A DNA stretch of 42,835 bases. Origin: a virus (taxonomy: Duplodnaviria > Heunggongvirae > Uroviricota > Caudoviricetes). The stretch covers positions 1 through 42,835 of IMG/VR virus record IMGVR_UViG_3300001336_000001; one strand, written 5' to 3'. A program made the position numbers and the translations under genes. Of the stretch, positions 9,658-19,363 are shown in pieces; positions within the stretch are counted from its first letter, which is position 1; each line of letters begins with the position of its first letter. Below the pieces are notes generated by a model. The model was not told the DNA's origin. It made no database searches and worked only from the letters and a program-made list of their open reading frames with translations.

Positions 9658-10080
9658 TTACACGGCACTAGCACAAGTCGGTCCGAGACCCCTACTAATA
9701 CTTTCCGAATCGGTTAACGTTCTACCGCATCTAATACATGACCCAGTGTGCATAACCTCGACATTTTTGTCCAAGAACTCGAATTGACCTTGTTCAACTT
9801 TATTAAGGACAAAAGCGATAGCAACAGCCGAAGGTGAATCAACAACTTGTCGTTTGTTGAAAATCTTACCATTAAAGTACGTACCTAAACGCTTGTAGTT
9901 TTGGTATTCAGTTTCCACTTTAACGTGTGTATACCATTTACCATTGAAATTTGAACGTGAAATAGCGTAGGTAAATTCCTTACCAGACTTCAATGACTTA
10001 ACGGTGAAATCAGCACCATTATTGTTTTTTTCAGCCATTAATACGTTAACTAGTGCAGCGGCTTTGATTAAATTTTTCAT
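9658..10080 (-). CDS. DUF6011-like protein with C-terminal Zn-binding motif
   Basis: GSCIRCGRTLTDSESISRGLGPTC matches the recalled DUF6011 C-terminus (CxxCGRxLTDxxSxxRGxGPxC). Confidence 0.7.
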   Translation of the reverse strand: MKNLIKAAALVNVLMAEKNNNGADFTVKSLKSGKEFTYAISRSNFNGKWYTHVKVETEYQNYKRLGTYFNGKIFNKRQVVDSPSAVAIAFVLNKVEQGQFEFLDKNVEVMHTGSCIRCGRTLTDSESISRGLGPTCASAV

Positions 10081-10210
10081 AGTAAATAATTTTAATTGAT
10101 AAATAAATAACGAATACAAATGTAAGTATAATATTTGAGATATGCAAATATAAAATAGTATTTTATTTATTTAGAATGATTATAAATAATAAGATATAAA
10201 AAAATATAGT

Positions 10211-10262
10211 GTAGGGTGGAGTCTACTCTACCGCTACCGTATTAAAGTATCAGCCCCTTTGT
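10211..10262 (-). ncRNA. Small RNA family, copy 3 (minus strand, 5' hairpin reduced)
   Basis: Reverse complement GGGGCTGATACTTTAATACGGTAGCGGTAGAGTAGACTCCACCCTAC. Promoter TACCTTTG at 10268-10275. Confidence 0.6.
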
Positions 10263-10326
10263 GTTAACAAAGGTAATAAAAAAAAACAACACTACCAAAG
10301 ATAATGTTGTTTTTTTTATGAAAATA

Positions 10327-10527
10327 TTAATTCATTAATATTTGATTAATTTCGGCTACTATTTTTTCGTTTTTCTTGATTAGTCGCTTTGTGTCTTTTA
10401 TCATTAATTCTAGGAAACATTTTTCGTTTTCATTTGCGGTTTTTAATTTTTCAGTAAAATCGATAAGCATTCGTTTTTGACGTGTCAAAAAATCATTTGC
10501 TAATTTTAAGTTAATTAATAAATCCAT
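10327..10527 (-). CDS. Small coiled-coil hypothetical protein
   Basis: 66-aa ORF with A-rich start context. Confidence 0.55.
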   Translation of the reverse strand: MDLLINLKLANDFLTRQKRMLIDFTEKLKTANENEKCFLELMIKDTKRLIKKNEKIVAEINQILMN

Positions 10528-10676
10528 AATTTTGTTTTTTAATGAGTTTAATTAATATACGGGCTAAGTTTTCATTTATAACAAAGTATTAATATTTTTT
10601 TTATTACCACGAAATTAGGGTAATTAAAAAAATTATATTATCTTTGTGTTTAGTTCTTAATTAAAATAGTATTATT

Positions 10677-10835
10677 ATGCAAAAGTATGTTAGTTACATA
10701 TTTGTTGTTTGTTTGTTATCGGGCATGACATCATTGTTTGGTATTTACCCGAATAGTGTTATTGATTTCCTATTGGGGTTTGGTATTTCATTTTTATTCT
10801 GGTGTGGTATGTTGGCACCAATGTTATCTGAATGA
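10677..10835 (+). CDS. Small two-TM membrane protein (52 aa), counter-oriented unit
   Basis: Hand translation MQKYVSYIFVVCLLSGMTSLFGIYPNSVIDFLLGFGISFLFWCGMLAPMLSE. TATCTTTG promoter upstream and AAGCGGA/TCCGCTT terminator at ~10858-10886. Confidence 0.65.
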   Translation: MQKYVSYIFVVCLLSGMTSLFGIYPNSVIDFLLGFGISFLFWCGMLAPMLSE

Positions 10836-10906
10836 TGGTTTGGTATTGTTAAATAATAAAAGCGGATTAATAGTCCGCTTTTTTTTGTGTTTATACGTGT
10901 GTGTGG

Positions 10907-10926
10907 ATATACACAAATGTGTATAT
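10907..10926. repeat. 20-bp palindrome copy
   Basis: ATATACACAAATGTGTATAT exact. Confidence 0.9.
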
Positions 10927-10933
10927 TGGGGTA

Positions 10934-11050
10934 TTAATCGTAAGTTTTATTCTTATGTTTAGACTTTCTATTATAAGTCTTTTTTGACTTATGAATAGAA
11001 TGTTTCATTGCTTGTTGAATTTCGTGTTGAGTAACTTGAATTGTTTTCAT
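10934..11050 (-). CDS. Tiny basic protein (38 aa)
   Basis: Hand translation MKTIQVTQHEIQQAMKHSIHKSKKTYNRKSKHKNKTYD. Confidence 0.5.
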   Translation of the reverse strand: MKTIQVTQHEIQQAMKHSIHKSKKTYNRKSKHKNKTYD

Positions 11051-11061
11051 GGTAATAAATA

Positions 11062-11307
11062 TTAAGGTTGTAGTAAAATATAAATACCTAACTCTGTAAT
11101 ATATACTGGGTCTAGTTCTAGTTGTTCGGCAATATCTTTTTCATTTTCATAAGCTTCAATAACATCGTTTTTATACATTGAAACATAGAAATAGTTATTA
11201 TCACATTGCTCGATAACATCAATAGCTTCCTCAAAGGTCATATCTTTTGTTAAGAATGTATCTTGATAAAGATTAAACGTTTCAATTGACTGTTCTGTAA
11301 ATTCCAT
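11062..11307 (-). CDS. Small acidic hypothetical protein
   Basis: Promoter at 11335-11342. Confidence 0.7.
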   Translation of the reverse strand: MEFTEQSIETFNLYQDTFLTKDMTFEEAIDVIEQCDNNYFYVSMYKNDVIEAYENEKDIAEQLELDPVYITELGIYILLQP

Positions 11308-11398
11308 AATATTTGTTTTAATTGGTTAACAACACAAAGGTAATAAAAAAAAATGACACTACCAAAAGATAGTGCCACTTTTTTTGTTCTTTATTTAT

Positions 11399-11731
11399 CT
11401 AATATGCACTTATGGGCATTTTTTGATTCTGTTCGTAGCTTTGACTTTCCCATTCAGTATCGGGGTTAGTCAATTCGTGAAAGTGTTTTTTAAGTCTTTC
11501 AGCGATTCTATCAAGCTTTGCTGCTTGTTTCTCTGTATGTGGTTTGTTAAACGCTCTAATCGTATCATTTGCGCAAATACGACCCAACATACCACCACCA
11601 AGGTAATTTTGGTATGCGGACATTTTTTGACCACTAAACCCAAAACGTGTTAAGTCTATTTCAATTCCACCACCTCTACTTGAAATTTCCAATCTCAATG
11701 TTACTTCTGAAAACTGAATTCTTTTAGCCAT
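11399..11731 (-). CDS. Hypothetical phage protein (SAYQNYLGGGMLG motif)
   Basis: Promoter at 11762-11769, glycine-rich conserved-looking motif. Confidence 0.75.
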   Translation of the reverse strand: MAKRIQFSEVTLRLEISSRGGGIEIDLTRFGFSGQKMSAYQNYLGGGMLGRICANDTIRAFNKPHTEKQAAKLDRIAERLKKHFHELTNPDTEWESQSYEQNQKMPISAY

Positions 11732-11868
11732 AATCTTATTGTTTTAATTGATTAACGAATACAAATATAAGAATAATATTTTACATTTCCAAATAAAACG
11801 ATAAAAAAAATGGAAACATTTCTGTTCCCATCTTTTCGTTCTTCATTTACCAACCTAAAACAACTGAC

Positions 11869-12126
11869 TTACACCGCAATAACCCAATCAGTAACTTCCC
11901 AATTCACACTTGATGTTACTGAATAACCTTTGGCACGCAACCTTTGTGCAACAATAGGCATATACATATATTCTTCAACACTCCAACCATACGCTGGTGC
12001 GCACTTACAAGTTTCAAACTTTGTGGTTAATGAACTACCACTCAACTCACGCTCGAATCTATCAACCAAATTTTGGATGAATTGTTCTTTTTTTTCTTGT
12101 GGGCTTAATGTTTTTACTTCTGACAT
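11869..12126 (-). CDS. Small hypothetical protein
   Basis: Promoter at 12153-12160. Confidence 0.7.
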   Translation of the reverse strand: MSEVKTLSPQEKKEQFIQNLVDRFERELSGSSLTTKFETCKCAPAYGWSVEEYMYMPIVAQRLRAKGYSVTSSVNWEVTDWVIAV

Positions 12127-12204
12127 AATAATTTGTTTTTAATTAGACAATACAAATATAAGGATAATATTTTACATTTCCAAATTATTCTTATATTTTT
12201 TTAT

Positions 12205-12390
12205 TTAACCAAAAAGTATTTTATATTGTTCTTGACTACATTCAATTAATTCTACTTCACATTTCTGTTCATCAGCCAATTCTTTTAGTACCGTATTAAT
12301 AAGTCTAGTTTCTGACATTTTAAAATCTTGTGAACATTGCTTACCTTCCCAATTTTTGTAACTCACTTTAAGATAATTTCGTTTTTTCAT
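12205..12390 (-). CDS. Small hypothetical protein
   Basis: 61-aa ORF in the minus-strand array. Confidence 0.55.
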   Translation of the reverse strand: MKKRNYLKVSYKNWEGKQCSQDFKMSETRLINTVLKELADEQKCEVELIECSQEQYKILFG

Positions 12391-12423
12391 GTTTTTTTGT
12401 TTTTTAATAGTAATACAAATAAA

Positions 12424-12606
12424 TTAGAAATTAATTTTCATTTGAGTACCAATTTCTTTTTTAGTCACTATTGGTTTAATTGGTTTATCAATAGCCAAAG
12501 TATTAGCATATAGACTTAGTAGTGCTTTAACTTCAGTTTTTGTGGGTTTATTTTTATAACCACAATGATTTGCTTTGTGTTTTTTACTATTAGGGTTATA
12601 ACTCAT
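12424..12606 (-). CDS. Small basic hypothetical protein
   Basis: 60-aa ORF in the minus-strand array. Confidence 0.5.
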   Translation of the reverse strand: MSYNPNSKKHKANHCGYKNKPTKTEVKALLSLYANTLAIDKPIKPIVTKKEIGTQMKINF

Positions 12607-12712
12607 AACTAGTCAAGATTAAAATTAAGTGGTTTAAGTGAATAACTATAACCAAACACCCAATTGGTAAAACCAACGACTTCCAATCTACCATGGGCAA
12701 CGTGTTCCAATG

Positions 12713-12940
12713 TTATATGGAAGTGAAGTAATCCACTAAATTAGACACTTCGCTTTCATCAGTTTTGTTATCAATCATCATCATTGGATATTCATTAGGT
12801 TTTATTTGTTCATAAACCAACCCTTTTGTAAAAATAGTCTCACCATATAGATTGGTTATATCTTCATTACACCTCCATATAACAACAGGTATATCCAATT
12901 GCTCCTGTTGTGCTTCTAATTTACTTTCTTCTGTATTCAT
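12713..12940 (-). CDS. Small hypothetical protein
   Basis: 75-aa ORF in the minus-strand array. Confidence 0.55.
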   Translation of the reverse strand: MNTEESKLEAQQEQLDIPVVIWRCNEDITNLYGETIFTKGLVYEQIKPNEYPMMMIDNKTDESEVSNLVDYFTSI

Positions 12941-13233
12941 ACTTTTGTTCTTTTAATTAAGTTTATATTGATTTCGCGCAACTGTATATACCTGCAACCG
13001 ATAGAACTCCATCAGCACCGATAAACAAATTACTTAGTTCCATATCAATTTTCTTTAATTAATAAACCAAATAGTAAAAATACAATCCCGAATGGGTTTC
13101 CACCGAATAACAGAACGAACCCGACAAGTGAAATGAAATACAACATAATATTGTTTTAATTGATTAACAATACAAATATAAGAAAAAAATACCGTTCTAC
13201 CAAATATAAAACGATATTTCTTTAAACTTTCTT

Positions 13234-13419
13234 TTAAATAATTTCAACCTCTTCAGGTTCAACACAGAACGCATTGTCTTCTTGGTCTAATACAACTACT
13301 AAACCATTTCTAAAGTCATCAACATGACCAACAAATTCCTCATTGTCTTCTGTTCTGTCTACTTGTACTGTATCACCAGTAGATAACTCATTTCCTTTTT
13401 TATCTAAAATCGCATTCAT
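13234..13419 (-). CDS. Small acidic protein, KOW/SH3-like barrel appearance
   Basis: LSTGDTVQV…FVGHV…LVVV…FCV pattern. Promoter at 13444-13451. Confidence 0.65.
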   Translation of the reverse strand: MNAILDKKGNELSTGDTVQVDRTEDNEEFVGHVDDFRNGLVVVLDQEDNAFCVEPEEVEII

Positions 13420-13503
13420 AATAGTTCTTTTAATTGTTCACAACAAAGATAAGAAAAAAATATCGTTCTACCAAATATAAAACGATATTTCTTTAATTTT
13501 ATT

Positions 13504-13803
13504 TTACCAAAACATTTGCTTGTTAAGTTTCACTTTGCTTTCAATCCACTTCATGATATTGTCAGCATGGTACGAAGTTGTAAGGTCTCCAAGAAAGAAA
13601 CTCAATTTACGGTCTGCATTAGTTTGTTCTACATCCACCTCAAGTCTATTCCATTCCTTTGCATTGCTTTGGTTTGAACCCTTGCGACTACCTTGAGAAA
13701 AATCCCATTCTTTTGCAATTACTGTTACTACATTCTTCTTTGTTTCAACGGTAATAACACCACCTCTACAAACTTCACCTAATTTCCATGTTTTTGTTGC
13801 CAT
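13504..13803 (-). CDS. Hypothetical protein, paralog of 21713-22015
   Basis: KTWKLGEVCRGGVITVET…KEWDFSQGSRKGSNQSNAKEW…DLTTSYHADNIMKW is nearly identical to the paralog. Confidence 0.8.
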   Translation of the reverse strand: MATKTWKLGEVCRGGVITVETKKNVVTVIAKEWDFSQGSRKGSNQSNAKEWNRLEVDVEQTNADRKLSFFLGDLTTSYHADNIMKWIESKVKLNKQMFW

Positions 13804-13878
13804 AATATTGTGTTTTAATTGTTCAATACAAAGATAAGTATAATATTCCAATATACCAAATATATTAGTATATTTCTT

Positions 13879-14187
13879 TTAAGAATAAAATACTCTTAAC
13901 TCATCATCAGGTTCAAGTCCAATGATAGATTCAAATTGCTCAATTAATAATACCTTATTTTGGTTCAAATATTTAAGCGTATTCTCAACATCTGAAATAT
14001 CGGTTGCTAGTGTATCACCTTTACCAAATTTAAACCATAACGATGCACCGCTTTTAGCTTCTATAGTTTCTTTTGCATGGCTCTCAACTTCTTTTAACTT
14101 AATTATTAACTTGTCAATATCACCATCTTTTAGGTAGTTAAACATTGTGTTGGTGCAAGAAAATGTGTATTGCGTAAGTGCTTTCAT
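13879..14187 (-). CDS. Hypothetical protein
   Basis: Promoter at 14211-14218. Confidence 0.7.
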   Translation of the reverse strand: MKALTQYTFSCTNTMFNYLKDGDIDKLIIKLKEVESHAKETIEAKSGASLWFKFGKGDTLATDISDVENTLKYLNQNKVLLIEQFESIIGLEPDDELRVFYS

Positions 14188-14246
14188 GATATATGTTTTA
14201 TTGTTCTCTACAAAGATAAGAAACTTTTATCGATACCCCAAATATA

Positions 14247-14453
14247 TTACCTAGTTTTCTCAATATTTTTTTCAGCGAAGTTTAATAGTATAATTTCTTT
14301 CTTGCTATCAGTCATTTGTTTAACGTCCTCTAATGGTATGCGTCCAATGATTGATACAAGGTTTTCAAATAACCCCCTAGTCATTGTAACGTCTTCATAT
14401 TCTCTTGGGTCATATTCGTTTAACCTTTCTTTAATAATTTTCTTGTTGCTCAT
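14247..14453 (-). CDS. Small protein with IIKERLNE leader, putative late gene
   Basis: TATTTATA motif at 14469-14476 instead of TAnnTTTG. Confidence 0.6.
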   Translation of the reverse strand: MSNKKIIKERLNEYDPREYEDVTMTRGLFENLVSIIGRIPLEDVKQMTDSKKEIILLNFAEKNIEKTR

Positions 14454-14539
14454 ATTTTCTAGTTTTATTATAAATACATTCTTATATTAAAAAAAAGACC
14501 ACCAAAGCATGGTAGTCTCAATTTTTTGTTGTATCTTTG

Positions 14540-14800
14540 TTAGTCCATCACACCATAGTCAATTTTGATTTCACTTTCAGATACACCGCTCTCTAATAAC
14601 ATTGTTTTGATTTCACTATAGACACGTTCACACGTTGAACTACCTTGGGCTGGTTGAGAAACAAATGGTTGTTTACAACCACCTACAAACATCTTATAAC
14701 CCATAACACATGAACCACAGTCACCCACTTCTCTAAGGACACGATTAGAAATTTGAATCGCTTCTTTTTGTAACTTAAAATAATTTACTTCATTTAACAT
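14540..14800 (-). CDS. Hypothetical protein
   Basis: Promoter at 14828-14835. Confidence 0.7.
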   Translation of the reverse strand: MLNEVNYFKLQKEAIQISNRVLREVGDCGSCVMGYKMFVGGCKQPFVSQPAQGSSTCERVYSEIKTMLLESGVSESEIKIDYGVMD

Positions 14801-14887
14801 GACTCATATTGTTTTAATTGTTCACTACAAAGATAAAACAAATAAACCATATATCCAAATAATATATGGTTTATTTTGAAAATATTT

Positions 14888-15223
14888 TTATCTACTATAT
14901 TCTTTCACTCGTTCAACATTTGCATCAATGATTTCAGTTAAATCATCACAATAAACATTTTCAAATGTTTTCTTCACATTCCATTGTGTTGATATTACCC
15001 TAACTTTATATGTATCATCCCAAGCTAAAGTTATTAAAACAAACCCATTGTGTTTTCTTCCCGACACTCTAAAGAATAGTATAGTATCTTTATATCTAGT
15101 AAATTCTCTAGCACCCCAAGACATAACCCAAAGTGGGTTAGTCATAATCCATTGCATAGTTTCTTGTTGGTTAAATGGTCTTTCACCAACAGTTCTCAAT
15201 AATTCTTCTTTTTTCTTTGACAT
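14888..15223 (-). CDS. Hypothetical phage protein
   Basis: Promoter at 15250-15257, WGA…LAWDDTYKV motif. Confidence 0.75.
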   Translation of the reverse strand: MSKKKEELLRTVGERPFNQQETMQWIMTNPLWVMSWGAREFTRYKDTILFFRVSGRKHNGFVLITLAWDDTYKVRVISTQWNVKKTFENVYCDDLTEIIDANVERVKEYSR

Positions 15224-15321
15224 AACTTATAAGTTTTAATTAGACAATACAAATGTAATAAAAAAAAATGACACTACCAAATGATAGTGCCACTTTTTTC
15301 GTTATTTATTAATCAACCAAA

Positions 15322-15732
15322 CTACTCTTTTAATCTTTTATAGATATATCTATCAAATTGACGTGAATACGCTTGATGTACTGTTTGTTCACCAAATTCC
15401 TCACCATCTGAACCCAACATCGGTATTGGTACTCTTAATACTTCCTTAGCGAATTTTTCATCTTCATTTAAAAAACTAAAAAATTCACGTATATGCAGTT
15501 CTCTTTTACGATTGATTTCACGATTGATTATTTTGTCCACGTATTTTTCAAAGATACGATAAAAATAAACCAACAATACACAACTAATAGCCAATGTATA
15601 AAAAATGGTATAAAGACTAGTACCAATGTTAAATGAATAAACAAATGGTGCTAGAAACAAAAATGACATTAACGCTGACAATAACATTAACATAATTTTC
15701 AATCCCGAATAATCCTCAACAAACTTTCTCAT
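15322..15732 (-). CDS. Two-TM membrane protein
   Basis: Two hydrophobic N-terminal segments. Promoter at 15767-15774. Confidence 0.7.
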   Translation of the reverse strand: MRKFVEDYSGLKIMLMLLSALMSFLFLAPFVYSFNIGTSLYTIFYTLAISCVLLVYFYRIFEKYVDKIINREINRKRELHIREFFSFLNEDEKFAKEVLRVPIPMLGSDGEEFGEQTVHQAYSRQFDRYIYKRLKE

Positions 15733-15800
15733 AATAATATAATTTTAATTGATTAATAACTTGATACAAATATAAGGATAATATTTTACATTTCCAAATT

Positions 15801-16019
15801 TTAATTGTAATTAATCCCAACTTTATCGAAAACATTTTTAGCTTCAGTATAAACAATGTAACGACCTAAACTTTCACCTCTTAACAATGCTTCACAATAG
15901 AATTGAATCATCTCTAGGTCTGCTCTGCTACAAGTAACACCATGTAATTTAACACCTCGATATTCACTATTTTTAATAAGGTTAGTTACCTTAGATAATA
16001 AAACATTAACTTTTTTCAT
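15801..16019 (-). CDS. Small hypothetical protein
   Basis: Promoter at 16045-16052. Confidence 0.7.
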   Translation of the reverse strand: MKKVNVLLSKVTNLIKNSEYRGVKLHGVTCSRADLEMIQFYCEALLRGESLGRYIVYTEAKNVFDKVGINYN

Positions 16020-16084
16020 AATTCTTAGTTTTAATTAGACAATACAAATATAAAACAATATTATTTAATATGCAAATAAAAATA

Positions 16085-16309
16085 CTATAATTTATAAAAT
16101 TTAGTCATACCACCAGGCATTGTGGTTATTCGCATGAGTTTTGCACCATCTTTTTTGTATTCCTTGAAACGTTGCAACAATTCTTTAATTGTTGGTTTAA
16201 TATCAAAGGTAATTGACCTTTGCGCAATAATACTATTAGTATCGTTGAAGAATGTTAAAATAACATCACACTTACCATTCTTTGTTGTTGTGAACTTAAA
16301 TCGACCCAT
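16085..16309 (-). CDS. Small basic hypothetical protein
   Basis: Promoter at 16340-16347. Confidence 0.7.
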   Translation of the reverse strand: MGRFKFTTTKNGKCDVILTFFNDTNSIIAQRSITFDIKPTIKELLQRFKEYKKDGAKLMRITTMPGGMTKFYKL

Positions 16310-16485
16310 AACTAAATTGTTTTAATTGATTAACGAATACAAATATAAAACAATATTATTTAATATGCAAATATAAAATGGTATTTTTTAATTAACTTTA
16401 TTAACAATAATGTTGTTAATAACTCAATACAATTTTTATTGCTAAAAATTTGCATAAGTCAAATATAATCCTTATCTTTGTTATG

Positions 16486-16546
16486 TACCAATGAAGGTAA
16501 GGGCTGACATTCACAAGATGGTAGTAGAGTAGACTCCGACCTACCT
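16486..16546 (+). ncRNA. Three-hairpin small RNA family, copy 4
   Basis: TATCTTTG at 16473-16480. TACC/GGTA hairpin, CTGACAT-TCACAAG-ATGGTAG, GTAG-ACTCCGAC-CTAC, T-tract. Confidence 0.7.
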
Positions 16547-16624
16547 TTTATTTTTTTTTATTTAGAAAAAGAAAAGCACTCACTTTTGTGAATGCTTAAC
16601 TTCGTTATTTATTTACTAAAACTA

Positions 16625-17191
16625 TTACACCTCAAAAATTAACTCCTCACCATTGGTACGAATTTTCGCCATGCTTGATAGCTTAAAGTTCGTGAATGCA
16701 CTACTTTTAAGTTCTTTTTCTAAACGTCTTTTAGCAATGGTTAACGGACGTGAATTTACTTGTTTGTATTCACCTTTGGTGATGATTGTTTTGTTCAACC
16801 TCAAACCGAATATGTAAATTTCACCAGTTTCGTTATGCACCTTGATACACTCATTAATTTTAGTGTACGCATCAATTTGTCCTTGACTACGTTTTTTGTT
16901 TGGGTTGGTAAACGAATTGATTAATTCAACACGTGCTTTTTCCAACGTGATTTTGTCAATATCTGAATCAATTTTTGTAACGTCCATTGCTTTTAACGTT
17001 TCAACGTCTTTAGCTTTTGCGTTAGACAACTTCGCACCTGCGTTTACAAGGTTATTAGAAACCTCACCAAAACGATTGGTATAACCTTTAATTGAAATTA
17101 AAGATACACCAGTAGGTGATTTGTCGATTGCTGACTGCAATGCGTTAATTGTCTTTAATGCTTCGATTGATACTGAAATTTGCTTTTCCAT
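16625..17191 (-). CDS. Hypothetical phage protein, paralog of 7617-8237
   Basis: See the paralog. Promoter at 17222-17229. Confidence 0.8.
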   Translation of the reverse strand: MEKQISVSIEALKTINALQSAIDKSPTGVSLISIKGYTNRFGEVSNNLVNAGAKLSNAKAKDVETLKAMDVTKIDSDIDKITLEKARVELINSFTNPNKKRSQGQIDAYTKINECIKVHNETGEIYIFGLRLNKTIITKGEYKQVNSRPLTIAKRRLEKELKSSAFTNFKLSSMAKIRTNGEELIFEV

Positions 17192-17280
17192 AATTTTAAT
17201 GTTTTAATTGATTAACGAATACAAATATAAAACAAAAAAGTGATATAAACAAATTTTTATACCACTTTTTTATATTTTTT

Positions 17281-18036
17281 TTACAACTTAATGATAAAGT
17301 CGTTATTTTCAAGGTTTTCCTTATTTACACCTTTAGTATTTTTACCTGTAAGATATTTATATTTCAACCCAACAATAACGTTTTTTTCGTCCAAAAATCT
17401 TAAATCATCTTCATCACCATTAACAACTTTATAACCCATGTATTTTTTAGGTAGTTCGTTTTCATTTTTAACCCCGAACACCATAGCAACGTTATGACCT
17501 TTACTCAATAAGTCAATACAAATATCTTTATTGTCTTCGCTCATTGAAAATGTTAAATGATAGTTTTTTGGTAGTTCTTTAGAAAAACGTACATAGTTCT
17601 TTGTATAGTCATAAAATTGAATTTTAGGGTGCAATTCAAAGATATTTTTACCACCTCTAACTTTAATTTTTTCAAATGGAATATCTGACGTACCATTCAA
17701 ACGAATAGTTGGAATGATATCAGTATCTTTGTGTTTTTTTGTGATGTTGGTAATTTCTTTATCCAACTTCAACATGAATTTTGTTCTATCAGCTAGATAG
17801 AATTCTGTTTTGTTTATTTTACCATTTTGTACTTTGTCAAAACGTGCAGCACCACTATTGAATAAACAAGCTTTTGCGCACCCCTTTGATGCGTGACTAC
17901 AAAGATTAATACCTTTGCTATTTTGCGTATGCGGTGCAAGATACATAATGTAAGTTATGTAACCTTTTTTTTCACCTTTAATTGTCTTATCATTCTTTGT
18001 AGACAATAAATCTTTTGGTATTCTGTAAATGCTCAT
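17281..18036 (-). CDS. GP88-like protein with a Cys cluster (radical-SAM/Fe-S-like barrel)
   Basis: NLCSHASKGCAKACL, IRLNGTSDI, QFYDYTK, YHLTFS and GDEDDLRFLD motifs recalled from phage GP88-like families. Confidence 0.55.
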   Translation of the reverse strand: MSIYRIPKDLLSTKNDKTIKGEKKGYITYIMYLAPHTQNSKGINLCSHASKGCAKACLFNSGAARFDKVQNGKINKTEFYLADRTKFMLKLDKEITNITKKHKDTDIIPTIRLNGTSDIPFEKIKVRGGKNIFELHPKIQFYDYTKNYVRFSKELPKNYHLTFSMSEDNKDICIDLLSKGHNVAMVFGVKNENELPKKYMGYKVVNGDEDDLRFLDEKNVIVGLKYKYLTGKNTKGVNKENLENNDFIIKL

Positions 18037-18186
18037 AAAAAATGTTTTAATTGATTAACGAATACAAATATAAAACAATATTATTTAATATGCAAGGAAT
18101 TTAGAAAAAAAAATACTTTGACTTATTAACATTAAAATTGTTAATAACTAAATTTGGAAATATGGGATATTATTATTAACTTTACA

Positions 18187-18250
18187 CCATGGTTATTAAC
18201 CCATGGTCTGGCACTCGCAAGGTGGTAGTAGAGTAGACTCCAACCTACCT
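18187..18250 (+). ncRNA. Three-hairpin small RNA family, copy 5
   Basis: CCATGG/CCATGG hairpin, CTGGCAC-TCGCAAG-GTGGTAG, GTAG-ACTCCAAC-CTAC. Variant promoter TAACTTTA. Confidence 0.65.
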
Positions 18251-18312
18251 TATATTTTGGACCAGAAATAAAATGGAAAATTATTTGGTTTATTAAATAA
18301 TTTTCCTTACCT

Positions 18313-18510
18313 TTACTTTTCTTTAAGATTTATAATTTGTTTTTGAATGAAGTCAATATCAGAACCTATTGTCTTAACCAGATTATAATCTTTATTTCTG
18401 TATGCTTTTAGTTGTTCAAGTTGTGATTGATTCAACAATTTATACCATGCACTTTTTTCATCTAACCCTCGATTAATTAAGTTAATATGTTTGATAATTA
18501 GCTTTTCCAT
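18313..18510 (-). CDS. Small hypothetical protein, putative late-type unit
   Basis: TATTTATT at 18528-18535 upstream. Confidence 0.5.
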   Translation of the reverse strand: MEKLIIKHINLINRGLDEKSAWYKLLNQSQLEQLKAYRNKDYNLVKTIGSDIDFIQKQIINLKEK

Positions 18511-18562
18511 AATACCAGTGATTTATTAATAAATATATCACATACATCATTTAACTTAACCG

Positions 18563-18582
18563 ATATACACAAATGTGTATAT
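18563..18582. repeat. 20-bp palindrome copy
   Basis: Exact copy abutting the stop codon of 18583-18897. Confidence 0.9.
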
Positions 18583-18897
18583 TTAGTTGGTACATATCAA
18601 AGTTAACCCACTATTCAACTCAAGTACTTCCATTGCTGACATTCTTTTTATTGCAGTCTTAATCACGTGCATTCTAACGGTGAAATAGTCCTTGTCTTGC
18701 TCAACACTGTAACGTGATAACCCTAGTTCAGAATACAGTCCATAATTTAATATGGTATTAACGTTTTCCAATAATTGATAACCATCCGACAAGTAAACCA
18801 ACAATGTTGTGTAGTCGTAGTTCTTTTCGATTTGTTCAATAGAATATGCTCTAGCAAAAAATTCAGCACTATTCTTTGGGTATGGATAATTCTTCAT
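18583..18897 (-). CDS. Hypothetical protein
   Basis: Promoter at 18928-18935. Confidence 0.7.
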   Translation of the reverse strand: MKNYPYPKNSAEFFARAYSIEQIEKNYDYTTLLVYLSDGYQLLENVNTILNYGLYSELGLSRYSVEQDKDYFTVRMHVIKTAIKRMSAMEVLELNSGLTLICTN

Positions 18898-18975
18898 AAC
18901 TATAATGTTTTAATTGATTAACGAATACAAATATAAGAATATAAAATGATATATCCAAATTTATTAGTAACTTAT

Positions 18976-19275
18976 TTATTGAAATTCGTAACCAACTTCT
19001 GTAATGTACATTGTTGCACCATCAAACCCCTCTCTCCTCATTGGTAAGAAATAAATGTCGCCATCCACAAATAAATCCTCATGCTCAATAGCAAACATAA
19101 GATTCCAATCTCCTAACTCATCATCTTCCCCATTGTCAATTCTACATTGACTAGCATTGTAAACTTCTACTTTTTCCCCAAAAAAATCAGATAGTTTTTT
19201 ATTAAGACTTTCAAGTGAAAATCTACTATGTACCAATGATTCTAAAAAATTAATAGTTTCTTGTTGCGTTTTCAT
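18976..19275 (-). CDS. Hypothetical acidic protein
   Basis: Start MKTQQ downstream of the promoter at 19304-19311. Confidence 0.7.
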   Translation of the reverse strand: MKTQQETINFLESLVHSRFSLESLNKKLSDFFGEKVEVYNASQCRIDNGEDDELGDWNLMFAIEHEDLFVDGDIYFLPMRREGFDGATMYITEVGYEFQ

Positions 19276-19363
19276 AACAAATAATTTTAATTGATTAACA
19301 ATACAAATATAAAACAAATAAACCATATATCCAAATAATATATGGTTTATTTTATACATTTTT

